Origin: Fibrobacteria bacterium
GTDB lineage: Bacteria; Fibrobacterota; Fibrobacteria; UBA11236
DNA length: 15,618 nucleotides
NCBI GenBank assembly: GCA_043732185.1
Contig: JAYTHY010000022.1
Coordinates: 1 to 15,618, forward strand
Reading direction: 5' to 3'
In this document: positions 1-7,804 of the stretch, one piece after another
Layout: the number at the start of each line of letters is the position of its first letter
Position numbering within the stretch: the first letter of the stretch is position 1
The notes under the pieces: model-generated
What the model saw: only the letters and a program-made list of their open reading frames with translations
Databases searched by the model: none
Told to the model about the DNA's origin: nothing
Translations under genes and position numbers: made by a program

Positions 1-2
1 TG

Positions 3-944
3 ATGATGCGCCCAAACCACAAAGGAGAGCAATCCAGCCACCATAGTTGCATAGATGATGGCCCGATAGCCGAAAAGCGGCTTGCGTGAAAAGGTGGTGA
101 GAATTTCTGCGGCAAAACCCAATGCTGGCAAAAACAGCACATACACTTCCGGATGTCCGAAAAACCAAAACAGGTGTTGGAACAAAACGGGGTCGCCACC
201 CGCCGCCGGATTAAAAAAGCCAGTACCTGCGGTGCGATCCAGGAGCAGCATAATGGCTCCAGCTATCAACGGACCTACAGAGAACATGAATACCAAAGTG
301 GCGATGACAAACATCCAGACGGTTAGTGGCAAATCGAACCACCCAAGGCCTTTGACTCTAAGATGCGATGTCGTGACTAAGAAATTAATGCCACCCATGA
401 GAAAAGCCGCGAACTCCAACGCTACGGCCAGTATCCATAGGTTACCGCCAATCCCATCCCAGAATGTTAGTCCGCGATACGCGCCTGCGGATAGAGGTGG
501 GTATGCAGTCCAACCTCCGGCAAATGCGCCGCCAGGCACAAAGAAGGAAGAAATCAATACGCATGTGCTGAGGAAAAACACCCAGTAAGACATCATATTG
601 AGTGCGGGAAAAGCCATATCGTCCGCGCCGACCATGAGTGGAATCAGAAGGTTTCCAAAGGCCGCCAATAAAATAGGCATGGCCACCCAAAATACCATGA
701 TGGTTCCATGCATCGTGATGAATTCATTGTATCGAGCTGCGGCAAGTTTTCCGAACAACGGAATTTCCGATCCCGGATACGCCAATTGCATTCGAAAAAC
801 ATACGATAGGAACACGCCTAGCCCCAACATCAACAATCCAGTAACCAGGTATTGCAACCCAATGACTTTGTGGTCGACGGAAAATACATAACGGCGGAAG
901 AATCCTTGGGGGGAATGCTGTCCGTGTGACGAAGAATGACTCAT
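3..944 (-). CDS. ctaD: Cytochrome c oxidase subunit I, A1-type heme-copper oxidase (partial; continues past left edge)
   Basis: Missing from the ORF track because it is truncated. Manual translation from ATG at 944 (AAGGA RBS upstream): MSHSSSHGQHSPQGFFRRYVFSVDHKVIGLQY...ITMHGTIMVFW...VGADDMAFPALN...GWTAYPPLS...WFFGHPEVYVLFLP...VVWAHH. Heme a His, D-channel Asp/Asn, GHPEVY and the CuB HH pair are present. Confidence 0.98.
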   Translation of the reverse strand, partial: MSHSSSHGQHSPQGFFRRYVFSVDHKVIGLQYLVTGLLMLGLGVFLSYVFRMQLAYPGSEIPLFGKLAAARYNEFITMHGTIMVFWVAMPILLAAFGNLLIPLMVGADDMAFPALNMMSYWVFFLSTCVLISSFFVPGGAFAGGWTAYPPLSAGAYRGLTFWDGIGGNLWILAVALEFAAFLMGGINFLVTTSHLRVKGLGWFDLPLTVWMFVIATLVFMFSVGPLIAGAIMLLLDRTAGTGFFNPAAGGDPVLFQHLFWFFGHPEVYVLFLPALGFAAEILTTFSRKPLFGYRAIIYATMVAGLLSFVVWAHH

Positions 945-957
945 GCTTTCCTTTAAA

Positions 958-1914
958 TCAACGAAGGGTTTTGAGATAGTCCACCACAGCTTTTCTTTCC
1001 TCCGCGGTGAGCCCCAGCTTGGGCATTAATCCCTGCGGGAATCCTTCAACCACATCTGCGGAAGGATCTTCGATGGACCGATTGATGTACTCTTCATCCG
1101 CGATTATTTCACGCCCGTCAGCAAGCTTGGTTTTTCTGCCAAAGATACCGAGATAACTTGGGCCTACTAATTTTGTTCCGTTCAAGGTGTGGCAGGCCAC
1201 GCAGCCTTTGGATTTCAATAGCGCCAAACCGGGTCCACCATTCTCCGGGAGCACGGTCAAACCGGCCACCAATTCCTCTTGAAACTTTTCCGGGGGCACA
1301 ACATGCAAGGTCGCATGCATCAGCGAATGTCCGGTTCCGCACAATTCCGCACAGGCAATTGGATAAGACCCTTCCTTTATAGCACGGAACCAACGGGTAA
1401 TGATTCGCCCAGGTACTGCATCTTGCTTGAACCTTAATGATGGCACCCAAAAGCTGTGCAGCACATCAACGGCAGCCAATTCAAAAATCACATTGGTGTC
1501 CCTGGGGACCACAAAATCATTATTGCGCACAATATCATCCGCAGTGCCAAGAATCCCATCCGGACCCGGATATGAAAAGGACCATTGGTATTGGCGACCC
1601 GTAACCCGAACCTTGAGACCATCAGAGGGCAAGGACTGCATGACGGCTGACCAGGCTTCATGGTTCTTGATGTCGATTAAAAAGTCTAGCACAACTACTG
1701 CCACCACGGGAAGGAGAACCCATCGCAATTGGCGCCAACCTACTCCGCGGATATAGGGCACTTTCCCATTCTTCCGTTTTCGGAAGAACAGCAGCATTCC
1801 TATCAAGATGACTTCGGCCAAAATAAAGACCACAATCGCGATCACGGATATAAATCCAATCAACGAATCGATTTCCCCACCAAATGAGGAAATGTTTTCC
1901 GGCATCAATCCCAT
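958..1914 (-). CDS. ctaC: Cytochrome c oxidase subunit II with C-terminal cytochrome c domain (caa3-type)
   Basis: Two N-terminal TM helices, QYQWSFSY aromatic loop, CuA ligands DVLHSF and CAELCGTGHSLM, heme c motif CVACH and probable distal Met in LMPK. RBS AAGGGA upstream; directly precedes subunit I. Confidence 0.98.
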   Translation of the reverse strand: MGLMPENISSFGGEIDSLIGFISVIAIVVFILAEVILIGMLLFFRKRKNGKVPYIRGVGWRQLRWVLLPVVAVVVLDFLIDIKNHEAWSAVMQSLPSDGLKVRVTGRQYQWSFSYPGPDGILGTADDIVRNNDFVVPRDTNVIFELAAVDVLHSFWVPSLRFKQDAVPGRIITRWFRAIKEGSYPIACAELCGTGHSLMHATLHVVPPEKFQEELVAGLTVLPENGGPGLALLKSKGCVACHTLNGTKLVGPSYLGIFGRKTKLADGREIIADEEYINRSIEDPSADVVEGFPQGLMPKLGLTAEERKAVVDYLKTLR

Positions 1915-1965
1915 GCTCTTCCCTTAGCGCTCCAAAGAGCGGTTTCCTTTAAATAACGTCTGTAT

Positions 1966-1982
1966 AGCAACTCACATGCCAG
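1966..1982 (-). promoter_or_regulatory. Sigma-54 (-24/-12) promoter of the oxidase operon
   Basis: Minus strand reads CTGGCATGTGAGTTGCT, matching YTGGCACGNNNNTTGCW at all but one position with exact GG-N10-GC spacing; about 50 bp upstream of the ctaC start. Confidence 0.8.
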
Positions 1983-2160
1983 TGTGTTTTGTGGCTTAAT
2001 TCATTAAATTTCGCAGTTTTTTAACGAGGAAAGCCGGGCCTGCGGAAAGGTTTTGACTTTTTTGCAAAGAGTGACAAAGAGCTTCGCCAAAATGGCAAGC
2101 CTCTACCCGTCCGGTTTAAAAAGTCTGATTAGTAATGGCGCCAAACGCCCAATGCATCCG

Positions 2161-2394
2161 TTAAACGGAGCTTTCAAGTTGCTGGGCCTTGCGGACCAGT
2201 CGCGTTTCGCACAGTTTTACAAACTCCAATTGTGTCTGGCTGGAATTTGCATGCGCCCGATGGCGAAAATCTCGTGTTGCAATAATCACCTCTTCCTGAA
2301 TGGCATCCCGGTTGAGGACACGACCAAAGTACCGAGTCAGCCCATTCAGGTTTGAAAAAACAAAAACCGGTGTTCTACGATCTGATGCGTCCAT
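2161..2394 (-). CDS. Small hypothetical protein (77 aa), paralogue of 2632..2868
   Basis: GAGGGG RBS 8 nt before ATG; ungapped alignment to the divergent neighbour with 24/77 identities (hand count). Confidence 0.8.
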   Translation of the reverse strand: MDASDRRTPVFVFSNLNGLTRYFGRVLNRDAIQEEVIIATRDFRHRAHANSSQTQLEFVKLCETRLVRKAQQLESSV

Positions 2395-2631
2395 CGCTTA
2401 TACCCCTCATGCCGGGATTTCGTCCCTTGCGGTTATCATACCTTTTTGGGATTATCGGTAGCAAAGGACTATTTCCTGAGACATTTGAGGGTTATTCGCA
2501 AAAAACAATAAAACCGTCCCATTTTTGACCACGATTGCCACGTGACGGGAAGTTTTTGACACTACCCTATGGGTTCGGCCCAATTTCTAACCCAATCCAG
2601 GGAAATTCCGCCGCACATAGAAGGTAAGCCC

Positions 2632-2868
2632 ATGTCCCCGTCCGACCGCAGGAATAGCAAATATGGTTTTGAATCCCTGAATTCCATGACGGAATTCTTT
2701 TCTCGATGGATTTCGGATACGGAAATTCAAGACCTCATTCAGCAAGCTGAAACCGCTTTTCGTCCCCGACTGGAAACATCACCGGCAGAAAATCATTTAC
2801 AGAAAATCCAAAAGGCCGAGTTTGCCATCGTTCGCAAATTGGTACAACGCAATTCAACTATCCCCTGA
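2632..2868 (+). CDS. Small hypothetical protein (78 aa), paralogue of 2161..2394
   Basis: Start moved from 2569 to ATG 2632 because GAAGGT lies 6 nt upstream and MSPSDRR then aligns with MDASDRR of the neighbour. Confidence 0.8.
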   Translation: MSPSDRRNSKYGFESLNSMTEFFSRWISDTEIQDLIQQAETAFRPRLETSPAENHLQKIQKAEFAIVRKLVQRNSTIP

Positions 2869-2942
2869 GTATCTCTCCTAGCCGGATAATCCCATTGCCC
2901 CCGGATTCACAGCGTCTGGCTGATTTCCTACCTTTATTCAGC

Positions 2943-2957
2943 CGAAATTGAATTTCG
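2943..2957. promoter_or_regulatory. Perfect 7-1-7 inverted repeat, candidate operator
   Basis: CGAAATT-G-AATTTCG about 30-35 bp upstream of the YqeY-like gene start. Confidence 0.4.
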
Positions 2958-2991
2958 CACCTGGGCCTGCATGCCTGGATAAAGGATGACC

Positions 2992-3474
2992 ATGATACTC
3001 GAACAAATCAACGCCGACCTTATTTCCTTTATGAAGGATCGGGAACCGGCCCGCAAAGAAGAAAACCAGCTTAAAATCATGACACTCCGGACCTTGTTGG
3101 CTGAAGTGAAAAGTTTTCTGGTGAACAATCGCAAGGAGCCTACCGATCAAGAGGTCTCCATCATTTTGGCGAAAGCGATCAAGCAGTTCCGGGAAACTTT
3201 TGAAAATGCCGCTGGGAAAAATGCAGCTGGAGTGATTCGTGAAGATATCGCCGCTCAGGAGAAAGCAAAAATCGCAACTTTGGAAAAATACCTTCCCACC
3301 CAAATAGGCCATGCCGAAATTGAAGCGTTGGTGGTTTCCGCCATTGCACAAGCCGGTGCGACTACATCCAAGGATATGGGTGCGGTTATGGCAATCATCA
3401 GGCCATTGACACAGGGAAAGGCCGATGGCAAAGTAGTCAGCGAAGTCGTCAAGGCCAAATTGGCAGGCGGCTGA
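2992..3474 (+). CDS. GatB/YqeY domain-containing protein
   Basis: ILEQINADLISFMK...TLRTLLAEVK...LEKYLPTQ...KDMGAVM...GKADGKVVSEVVKAKL matches the YqeY pattern. ATG 2992 is better spaced from the AAGGA RBS than ATG 2986. Confidence 0.93.
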   Translation: MILEQINADLISFMKDREPARKEENQLKIMTLRTLLAEVKSFLVNNRKEPTDQEVSIILAKAIKQFRETFENAAGKNAAGVIREDIAAQEKAKIATLEKYLPTQIGHAEIEALVVSAIAQAGATTSKDMGAVMAIIRPLTQGKADGKVVSEVVKAKLAGG

Positions 3475-3486
3475 AACCAAGTCACC

Positions 3487-3669
3487 ATGTCGGATCTCGT
3501 CTGTTACTGTTTGAGGGTTGAGAAGCCACAAATCATCGATGCCATTGGTGAGGGTTGCCACTCTGTTGAAGCCTTAAGCGCCAAGCTGCGCGTATGCACG
3601 GGTTGCGGCGGTTGCCGCTTGGATTTGGAGGACCTGATCCGTTTTTATCGCAACGAAAACCCATCCTAA
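3487..3669 (+). CDS. Bfd-like [2Fe-2S]-binding protein
   Basis: 60 aa with C-X-C-X31-C-X2-C (VCYC...TGCGGC), the bacterioferritin-associated ferredoxin pattern; 12 bp after the YqeY-like gene. Confidence 0.9.
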   Translation: MSDLVCYCLRVEKPQIIDAIGEGCHSVEALSAKLRVCTGCGGCRLDLEDLIRFYRNENPS

Positions 3670-3822
3670 CGCCTTTCTGCCTAGAAAAGCCAAAGCCCCC
3701 CAGGCCCATCCAGGCGGACTTAGATCCCGAAATTTGTACATTATCCCAGTCCTACACTATTCCGATTTGAGGCCGATTCTGATGCCTCTCCGCATTTGCG
3801 GTCCAACCAAGGAGCGAATCCT

Positions 3823-4626
3823 TTGCTGAAAAATTCACTCTACTTTGTCATGCTATTGCTTGGCCTGTGCACAAATCCCCTCAAAGCCCAAGAAACGCTT
3901 TCCGCCGTTCAAAGGGATTTGGACCGCGTGGACAAGGAAATTGAACGCGAGAAGGATTTGCATAAAACCGAAAGGAAACGCGCGGCAGAGTATGAAACTG
4001 AAAAAGCCGCAAAACTAAAAGCATTGCAGGATCAACTGCGCTTGACGCAGCTCAAAATCGACAGTCTTAAACATCAGGTTGAACGCGCACGGCAGCAAAA
4101 AGTAGCATTCCGATCCCAAAGCGCCGCATTCCAGTCTAGAGCGCGGGAATTCGTCAAAGCGTTGTCCAAACAAGTTCGAGATCTCGCCACATCGCTTACC
4201 AAAGATTTTCCGTATGATAGGGAAAAACGAGTTTCCGATTTTACCGAACTCGCGGCCGCCATCGATAATGGTGTCGTAGGTGTAGAAGATGGGTTGAATC
4301 GCTTCTTTACCTTGATGCAAGGCTCCCTGGACTTCGCCTACGACACAGAAGTGTATCGTGGAAGTTACCAGGCTACGGATGGGTCCATGCATGAAGGCAG
4401 CTATGTGCGGCTAGGCGCTGCCTTGCTCGCCTTTGCGGACGAAGAAGCCAAGACGGCGGCGTTTTTATCCAAAGAGGACAGTGGGTATACGTGGAAGGAC
4501 AAAGATTTGTCACCGGAAACACGACAGGATATTTTCACCGCAGTGAAAGTGGCCCAAGGCAAAGTCGCCCCACAATTGGTAAACATCCCGTTCAAAGCAC
4601 CAAGACCCCTGGAGACCGGCAAGTGA
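3823..4626 (+). CDS. DUF3450-like periplasmic coiled-coil protein (TtpB-like component of TonB2-type operon)
   Basis: TTG start 8 nt after AAGGAG; signal peptide ending PLKA; long coiled coil, then FPYDREKRV and YVRLGAALLAF motifs typical of DUF3450; heads the ExbB/ExbD/TonB operon. Confidence 0.88.
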   Translation: MLKNSLYFVMLLLGLCTNPLKAQETLSAVQRDLDRVDKEIEREKDLHKTERKRAAEYETEKAAKLKALQDQLRLTQLKIDSLKHQVERARQQKVAFRSQSAAFQSRAREFVKALSKQVRDLATSLTKDFPYDREKRVSDFTELAAAIDNGVVGVEDGLNRFFTLMQGSLDFAYDTEVYRGSYQATDGSMHEGSYVRLGAALLAFADEEAKTAAFLSKEDSGYTWKDKDLSPETRQDIFTAVKVAQGKVAPQLVNIPFKAPRPLETGK

Positions 4627-6110
4627 ATCGCAATCTGGTTTTATCCGCCACGCTCTTGGCACTTCTGTTCACGGGCCTAAGCCGTGCGCCTAGGGCACAG
4701 GTTTCCGTCAATGAAAACGCCGATAAACTAGAAGCCTTGAAAGAAGAATTGGAAAAAGCCCGGCAACTGCGCGATAAGGTTATTGCCAAACGCTGGGAAG
4801 ACAAGCGTACCGACATGGAAGGGCGCGAAAAATTCAATCAAGCTTATGACGACCTCAAAAACCAGCTCGAGGCCAGGAACTTGGAGGCCGATCGCCAACA
4901 CGAAGAAATCCAATCCCTGGCCAAAGATGCGGAAGAGGCCGAAGCCCAGGCGGAAATCGCTAAGGTGCAATTCTTGTCATTGGCTCCCTTGCTGCGCGAC
5001 CGTATCACGGAAATGTCCGCCCAGATAGAAAAAGGCTTTCCTGCCAAAGTGCCGGAACGCATGCAGCGCTACAATTCGATCTTGAAAGGTGCGGATACCA
5101 AGCGCGACGCACCCGCAGACATTCTCGCCGACCTCATGGGCTTTTATCATTCCGAACTGGATTTAACTCGGGAAATTACCCTAGAGAAACGCGGCTTTGT
5201 ACGCGCGGACAAATCACCGGGGGAAGGCGCGCTCCTACGCATTGGCATGGCGGCCTCCGCCTATCGCGATGATAAAACCGGAGCTGTAGGCCTGCTCATC
5301 AAGGATGCCGGAAACGGCGCCGTAAATCCGTACGACTGGCGCGAAAACCTGCCTGCGGACGTCAGCGCCAACCTTGGTCGCAATTTGGAAAAAATGGAGA
5401 AAGGCGAAACTGGATCCGTATCGGTACCGCTGGACATACTGCCCAATCAAACGCAGGGCAAAGCCTATATCCAAAAAGAAGAAAAAAGCTTTTGGAAATC
5501 CTTGATGCATACGGTCAAGACGGGCGGAATTTTCATGTGGCCGCTGCTCATTATTCCCGTGATTGCCATTGCTCTCTTCCTGCAAAAACTATTGTCCGTA
5601 TTCGTCAGCCGCGCTGGAGGCACAGGCCTTTACACGCAGGCCGTCGAGAAATTGGCTTCACCCAATCCCGAGGACGCCCTTAAGATTTGCAAACAAAGAC
5701 CCAAGAGTCCGGTCCTGCAAATTATTGGAGCAGTGGCAGCCAATCGTAACACAGATCGGGAAATGGCTGAAAAGGATGTTAAGGAAGTTATCCTTCGCTT
5801 GGTGCCGCGTTTGGAAAGGCATCTCACCACATTGTCTGTGCTGGCCGCAGCGGCGCCTCTCCTGGGCTTGCTCGGAACGGTTTCCGGCCTTATCGCCATG
5901 TTTCAAGTCATCACCCAGCATGGCGTCAACGATCCCAAACTACTGGCGGGCGGCATCGGCGAAGCGCTTATCGCCACGGAAACCGGACTGCTCATTGCCA
6001 TCCCTACCTTGCTCGGGCACAACTGGCTGGCCAACCGCGTGGATCATTTAGTGTCCGATATGGAATTTTACGCCCTCAAAGCGCTGAACACAGTTTGGCC
6101 CAAGGGATAA
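4623..6110 (+). CDS. Large MotA/TolQ/ExbB family protein with periplasmic DUF3450-like N-terminus (TtpC-like)
   Basis: GTG start overlapping the previous stop (GTGA) with GGAG upstream; signal peptide, coiled coil, FPAKVPER, LLRIG, then GGIFMWPL, APLLGLLGTVSGLI and AGGIGEALIATETGL. Confidence 0.93.
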   Translation: MNRNLVLSATLLALLFTGLSRAPRAQVSVNENADKLEALKEELEKARQLRDKVIAKRWEDKRTDMEGREKFNQAYDDLKNQLEARNLEADRQHEEIQSLAKDAEEAEAQAEIAKVQFLSLAPLLRDRITEMSAQIEKGFPAKVPERMQRYNSILKGADTKRDAPADILADLMGFYHSELDLTREITLEKRGFVRADKSPGEGALLRIGMAASAYRDDKTGAVGLLIKDAGNGAVNPYDWRENLPADVSANLGRNLEKMEKGETGSVSVPLDILPNQTQGKAYIQKEEKSFWKSLMHTVKTGGIFMWPLLIIPVIAIALFLQKLLSVFVSRAGGTGLYTQAVEKLASPNPEDALKICKQRPKSPVLQIIGAVAANRNTDREMAEKDVKEVILRLVPRLERHLTTLSVLAAAAPLLGLLGTVSGLIAMFQVITQHGVNDPKLLAGGIGEALIATETGLLIAIPTLLGHNWLANRVDHLVSDMEFYALKALNTVWPKG

Positions 6111-6117
6111 TGGGAAG

Positions 6118-6690
6118 ATGCCCACTTTGTTTTCCCAAACACTTTTCGATCTCTGGCGTATCATTTCGCAAGGCGGCTGGGTGATGGGCGCCATTTTCAT
6201 CGCGGGTCAAGTGGGTTGGTTTTTCATTTTAGAGCGCTGGTGGCACTTTCGAAAAATGGATCACAAACAGACCAATGGTCTATACGGCACATTGAATCAA
6301 ACGCTCACTGCAGCCCGCGACCAGGGCCAGGAAGTCCTGATATCCCTGGCCCGCGAATCCTTGCATCGAGACATCCCTGCCCTGTCCCGGCACTTAGGTA
6401 CATTAGCAGTTCTGGCAGGAGTGGCACCGCTGCTTGGCCTAACGGGGACGGTACTTGGAATCATGCAAACATTTCAGGTTATCACCTTGTATGGCGCTGG
6501 AAATCCTTCTATGATGGCGGGTGGAATCGCTCAGGCCTTGATGGTTACGGAAGCAGGATTGGTAGTGGCCTTCCCTCTGCTTATCTGTCACGATCATTTG
6601 CAAAAGCGGGCGGACAAAATCGAAGATGAATGCATCGAGAGTGCGACCAGCCTCATCCGTAAATTCGCTGGAAAAGGAGCGGCAGTATGA
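6118..6690 (+). CDS. exbB: MotA/TolQ/ExbB proton channel protein (short ExbB2 type)
   Basis: GGWVM TM1, APLLGLTGTVLGIMQTF, MAGGIAQALMVTEAGL. Confidence 0.95.
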   Translation: MPTLFSQTLFDLWRIISQGGWVMGAIFIAGQVGWFFILERWWHFRKMDHKQTNGLYGTLNQTLTAARDQGQEVLISLARESLHRDIPALSRHLGTLAVLAGVAPLLGLTGTVLGIMQTFQVITLYGAGNPSMMAGGIAQALMVTEAGLVVAFPLLICHDHLQKRADKIEDECIESATSLIRKFAGKGAAV

Positions 6691-7109
6691 GCTCCCTCGG
6701 TGGCGATGATTTTGGATTGCGCAAGCGGCCGCGTCGCGTAGCCGAAATCAATCTGATCAACATGATCGACATGCTTTTCTTTCTGCTCGTCTTTTTTGTC
6801 TTGACTAGCAGCTTCACCCGCGAAACCGGCATCGACATCAACAAACCCAAAGCCAGCAGCTCCAAATCACTGCCGCGCCAGCCTCTGCTAATCGGTGTGA
6901 CCAAAGACGGCAGTATCCATGTGAACGAAAGTCCGGTAAGTCTTAAGGCGCTGGGAACCGTGCTCAAATCCTATATGAGCCAGGATCCGGATAGGGCTGT
7001 GGTCATTGTCGCCGACCGTGATGCCGCTATCGCCAAGGCAGTGGATGTACTGGATGAATGCAATCTGGCCAATGTGAAAAAGGTTTCCATCTCTTCCCTT
7101 AAAGAATAA
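6687..7109 (+). CDS. exbD: Biopolymer transporter ExbD
   Basis: NMIDMLFFLLVFFVLTSSF TM with the conserved Asp, VVIVADR periplasmic motif; ATGA overlap with exbB and AAGGAG RBS. Confidence 0.96.
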   Translation: MSSLGGDDFGLRKRPRRVAEINLINMIDMLFFLLVFFVLTSSFTRETGIDINKPKASSSKSLPRQPLLIGVTKDGSIHVNESPVSLKALGTVLKSYMSQDPDRAVVIVADRDAAIAKAVDVLDECNLANVKKVSISSLKE

Positions 7110-7801
7110 TGCGTGCATCTTCGGTACTGGAAAAATCCGTACTTTTTTTAGCCGCCTTGGCTGTGAATCTAGGTCTCTATCTTTTAGTTCCTTATATTCA
7201 AGTGTTGATATTGAAACATTCCGGCGCGGGTCCCAAGCCACCGAAGCAAGTTACGACGGTGCTCGCCATGGCGCCCCCGCAAACTGAAAAAATCATCAAG
7301 CGCGAAATCAAAGAAATCAAAACGCAATCATTTACTCCGCCCCAACCCAATCCCTCCAGGCCTTCCACTCCGGGCGGCGGACTTAAAATTGATCTCAGTC
7401 CGGCTGGTGGTGATGGGCTGTCACTGGTTTCCGGCGGGGATCGCACGGGGCAAATTGGATCCGGCACGGGTGGTGGCGTAGGTGCAGGAATGGCGGCCAT
7501 GACCTATGAACAAGGCCAAACGGATTTTGATGCAAAACCCCTGAACAGCCCTCCACTCAAATTTCCGCCCCGGGCAAAACGGGAAGAAATTTCCGGACAG
7601 GTCGAACTTACTTTTGTGGTCAACGAATCCGGAAATGTGGAACAGGTGTCCGTACTGAAGGAGGAACCGGTAGGTTACGGGTTTGCATCATCGGCTATTC
7701 AATCCGCGGGGCAATTGCGATTTAAACCGGCAACTTTGCAGAAGATGGCGGTGCGGCAACGCTTTAAACAAACGTTTCGGTTTTCGGTCGAGGGGAAGTA
7801 G
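7109..7801 (+). CDS. tonB: Energy transducer TonB
   Basis: N-terminal anchor, Pro/Gly-rich linker, C-terminal domain FPPRAKREEISGQVELTFVVNESGNV...RFKPA; TAATG coupling to exbD. Confidence 0.95.
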   Translation: MRASSVLEKSVLFLAALAVNLGLYLLVPYIQVLILKHSGAGPKPPKQVTTVLAMAPPQTEKIIKREIKEIKTQSFTPPQPNPSRPSTPGGGLKIDLSPAGGDGLSLVSGGDRTGQIGSGTGGGVGAGMAAMTYEQGQTDFDAKPLNSPPLKFPPRAKREEISGQVELTFVVNESGNVEQVSVLKEEPVGYGFASSAIQSAGQLRFKPATLQKMAVRQRFKQTFRFSVEGK

Positions 7802-7804
7802 GCT

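Noticed and set aside
82..891. Plus-strand ORFs 82..588 and 598..891 and minus-strand ORF 442..690
   Set aside because: Antisense or off-frame shadows of cytochrome c oxidase subunit I.
2053..2355. 100 aa plus-strand ORF
   Set aside because: TTG start, overlaps the better supported 2161..2394 gene antisense and covers the oxidase regulatory region.
2374..2652. N-terminal DRR of the two small proteins as a PilZ c-di-GMP motif
   Set aside because: The second Arg of RxxxR and the DxSxxG motif are absent, and the sequences look helical.
2885..2900. GATAATCCCATTGCC as a Fur box
   Set aside because: Only one GATAAT half-site matches and the symmetry is wrong.
2938..3561. 207 aa minus-strand ORF
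   Set aside because: Antisense shadow of the YqeY-like and Bfd-like genes with no recognisable motifs.
3672..3690. TTTCT-gcct-AGAAA hairpin after bfd as a terminator
   Set aside because: Short AT-rich stem with no U-tract.
3733..3742. TTTGTACATT (and TTTGTACTTT at 9182-9191) as shared -10 elements
   Set aside because: Plausible, but no supporting -35 and too short to call from two instances.
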